From Octopus bimaculoides (lineage: Eukaryota): DNA of 64,000 nucleotides. A program made the position numbers and the translations under genes. Where the stretch lies: positions 58,146,303-58,210,302 of the forward strand of contig NC_068984.1 of assembly GCF_001194135.2 (NCBI RefSeq), read 5' to 3'. Below are positions 61,896 to 64,000 of this stretch, one piece after another. The notes under the pieces were generated by a model. That model worked only from the letters and a program-made list of their open reading frames with translations, had not been told where the DNA came from and ran no database searches. Position 1 is the first letter of the stretch; every line of letters starts with the position of its first letter.

Positions 61896-62799
61896 TGTGA
61901 AGCATTTTGTTTTTATTTCACTAACATAGCTAGTGACCCCAGGAAAAAAAAATTATAGAATTCCTATTCTAATGCATAGTAAATGTTACCCACTTAAGGA
62001 ACAAAGATTAACCTGTCAAGCCCGTGACACAGTTTCGTTTCAATGTTCTGTTTACTGCTTACTGTTATTTTTTATTGCCTATGAAACATTTATGAATGAT
62101 AGACTAATAAATCGACGAAATCATAAAATCCCCAATATTCTCCCTCGCCGTGTGCTTTAGTAAGTGCAAGACAGTAATTAATCCAGATATGGAACAGTTA
62201 TTAGATATCTTTTACAGGAAATTTCACACTAAAGCACAATACTTTCTGTTTGAATCATCTAAGTTTGCATGGTCGTATGGCAAAGAAGTTCGTTTCACAA
62301 TCTCGTAGTTCCGGGTTCGGTCTTACTACATGGTATATTGAGCAAAAATCTTCTACCATAGCTTTGGGTTAATTTGAATTTTTGGAGTAAAATTGAGTTG
62401 CTGGAAACAGTGTAGAAGACCGTCGGATGGATTCTATTTGTTTTTGAATGGTTGAGTTAATTCAACTTGCGGCTGACTCTTGGCTTCTTCCAGCAGAATG
62501 TACTACGTTGCAACCGTTCGAACTCGATCATTTGAGGATTTGATCTCAATTATCATTAGAAGACTTGAGTTTATTTAAAACGAAATACTTTCTCAGAACA
62601 CCACAACGGAATGACTAAGGGAAATATTAAAATATGTTGCTATAGATAAACTTCATCTTTCCGGAACGATGAAAAGAGGAATGTCCCAAAATTTTCAAGC
62701 TGCATTTGAAAAGTGACAGACGACGGGATTAACAGCTTTAAAATCTTTTAGGATATACTGAACCAAAACAAACAAAATCTTTTACCTTTTCATATTATA

Positions 62800-63245
<446 letters not shown>

Positions 63246-63628
63246 CACGCTTGCGTGTACACCAATAATTCTAAAATATGCAGCTTATGTATTGCGGAGA
63301 ATTTTTTAAATTTTGAATGAACTCAAACCTCCAGATGATTACATAAACAAAAGGTCAGGTACTTTTGCCGAATGTAGACATCAACAAAATCATTCCGGCA
63401 AATTATAATTTAAGAAATGGAACCTGATTAAATAGAAAATATTCTACTGTTGATTTGCGCGCGCATTTATACGGGTTGGTGCATGTATTGCGTAAACCAA
63501 AACGGAAGTTGGTAACACACTGCTATAGATAGATAAATAATACTCCTAGAGAAAACCTTCCAGAGTAAACCACTCGAATTACTTTCATCTAAATAATGGT
63601 TTTTGGAAACGTAGTGGATTTATCTACA

Positions 63629-63930
63629 ACTAGCAGTATAACCCGACTTTGTCCGAGTGTGACTTATTACGCCATCTACGATAAGTCTTGCTAGCTGAAA
63701 ATCAACTAAAAAAGAAAGCCTTACAACGAAAAAACCCTTATGATGTAAATATGTTCATAATTCAAAAGACGATAAAATTAATAGGGAAAGTCTGAAGGCT
63801 GTTTTGCGTAACATTATTAAGCATACGTAAATTTCATCCGTGTAATTGGCTATAGAAATGCTTGTGCAAAACAACTTTTTGCGCTGCCCTGATTATACAT
63901 AGCAGGGTAATCCCTTTTCACAGGAGTTAG
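63629..63930 (+). mobile_element. Possible non-autonomous Helitron-like element 5' end
   Basis: ACTAGCAGTATAACCCGACTTTGTCCGAG: an ACTAG start followed by an imperfect hairpin. Pattern recall only. Confidence 0.3.
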
Positions 63931-64000
63931 GATGGCAATTTGTGATGAAGCAATTGCTGTCGATCTGTTGCTAAACAGTTTTGCCAGAATTCTATCAGAT

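Overview
AT-rich eukaryotic genomic DNA with six N-gaps and dense microsatellites. The repeat families suggest a coleoid cephalopod, most likely Octopus (inference). Positions 1-33418 (+) hold the 3' part of a NIPBL / Nipped-B / Scc2 cohesin-loader gene. I mapped 25 GT-AG exons by hand; they splice into one open frame of 1014 codons plus stop (HEAT-repeat and hook region, then a basic/acidic tail). The rest of the window is a transposon graveyard: RTE LINEs, an R4/Dong-type LINE, a Penelope-like element, mariner and hAT transposase relics, piggyBac-like and hAT-like MITEs, and several tRNA-derived SINE families. The most interesting structure is a head-to-head palindromic repeat of about 400-520 bp, present twice (27487-27890 and 34547-35071). 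Each arm joins a tRNA-like Pol III head (complete only in the second copy) to a minimal type-I hammerhead-ribozyme motif, and all four copies carry core or stem lesions, several of them CpG-type. Two other Penelope-related repeats carry hammerhead-like motifs. A perfect inverted duplication of about 275 bp per arm sits at an (AAT)n tract next to the R4/Dong element. CpG decay of repeats is strong inside the NIPBL gene body and weak downstream. All of this was read by eye; no database search was run, and family names and human comparisons come from recall.
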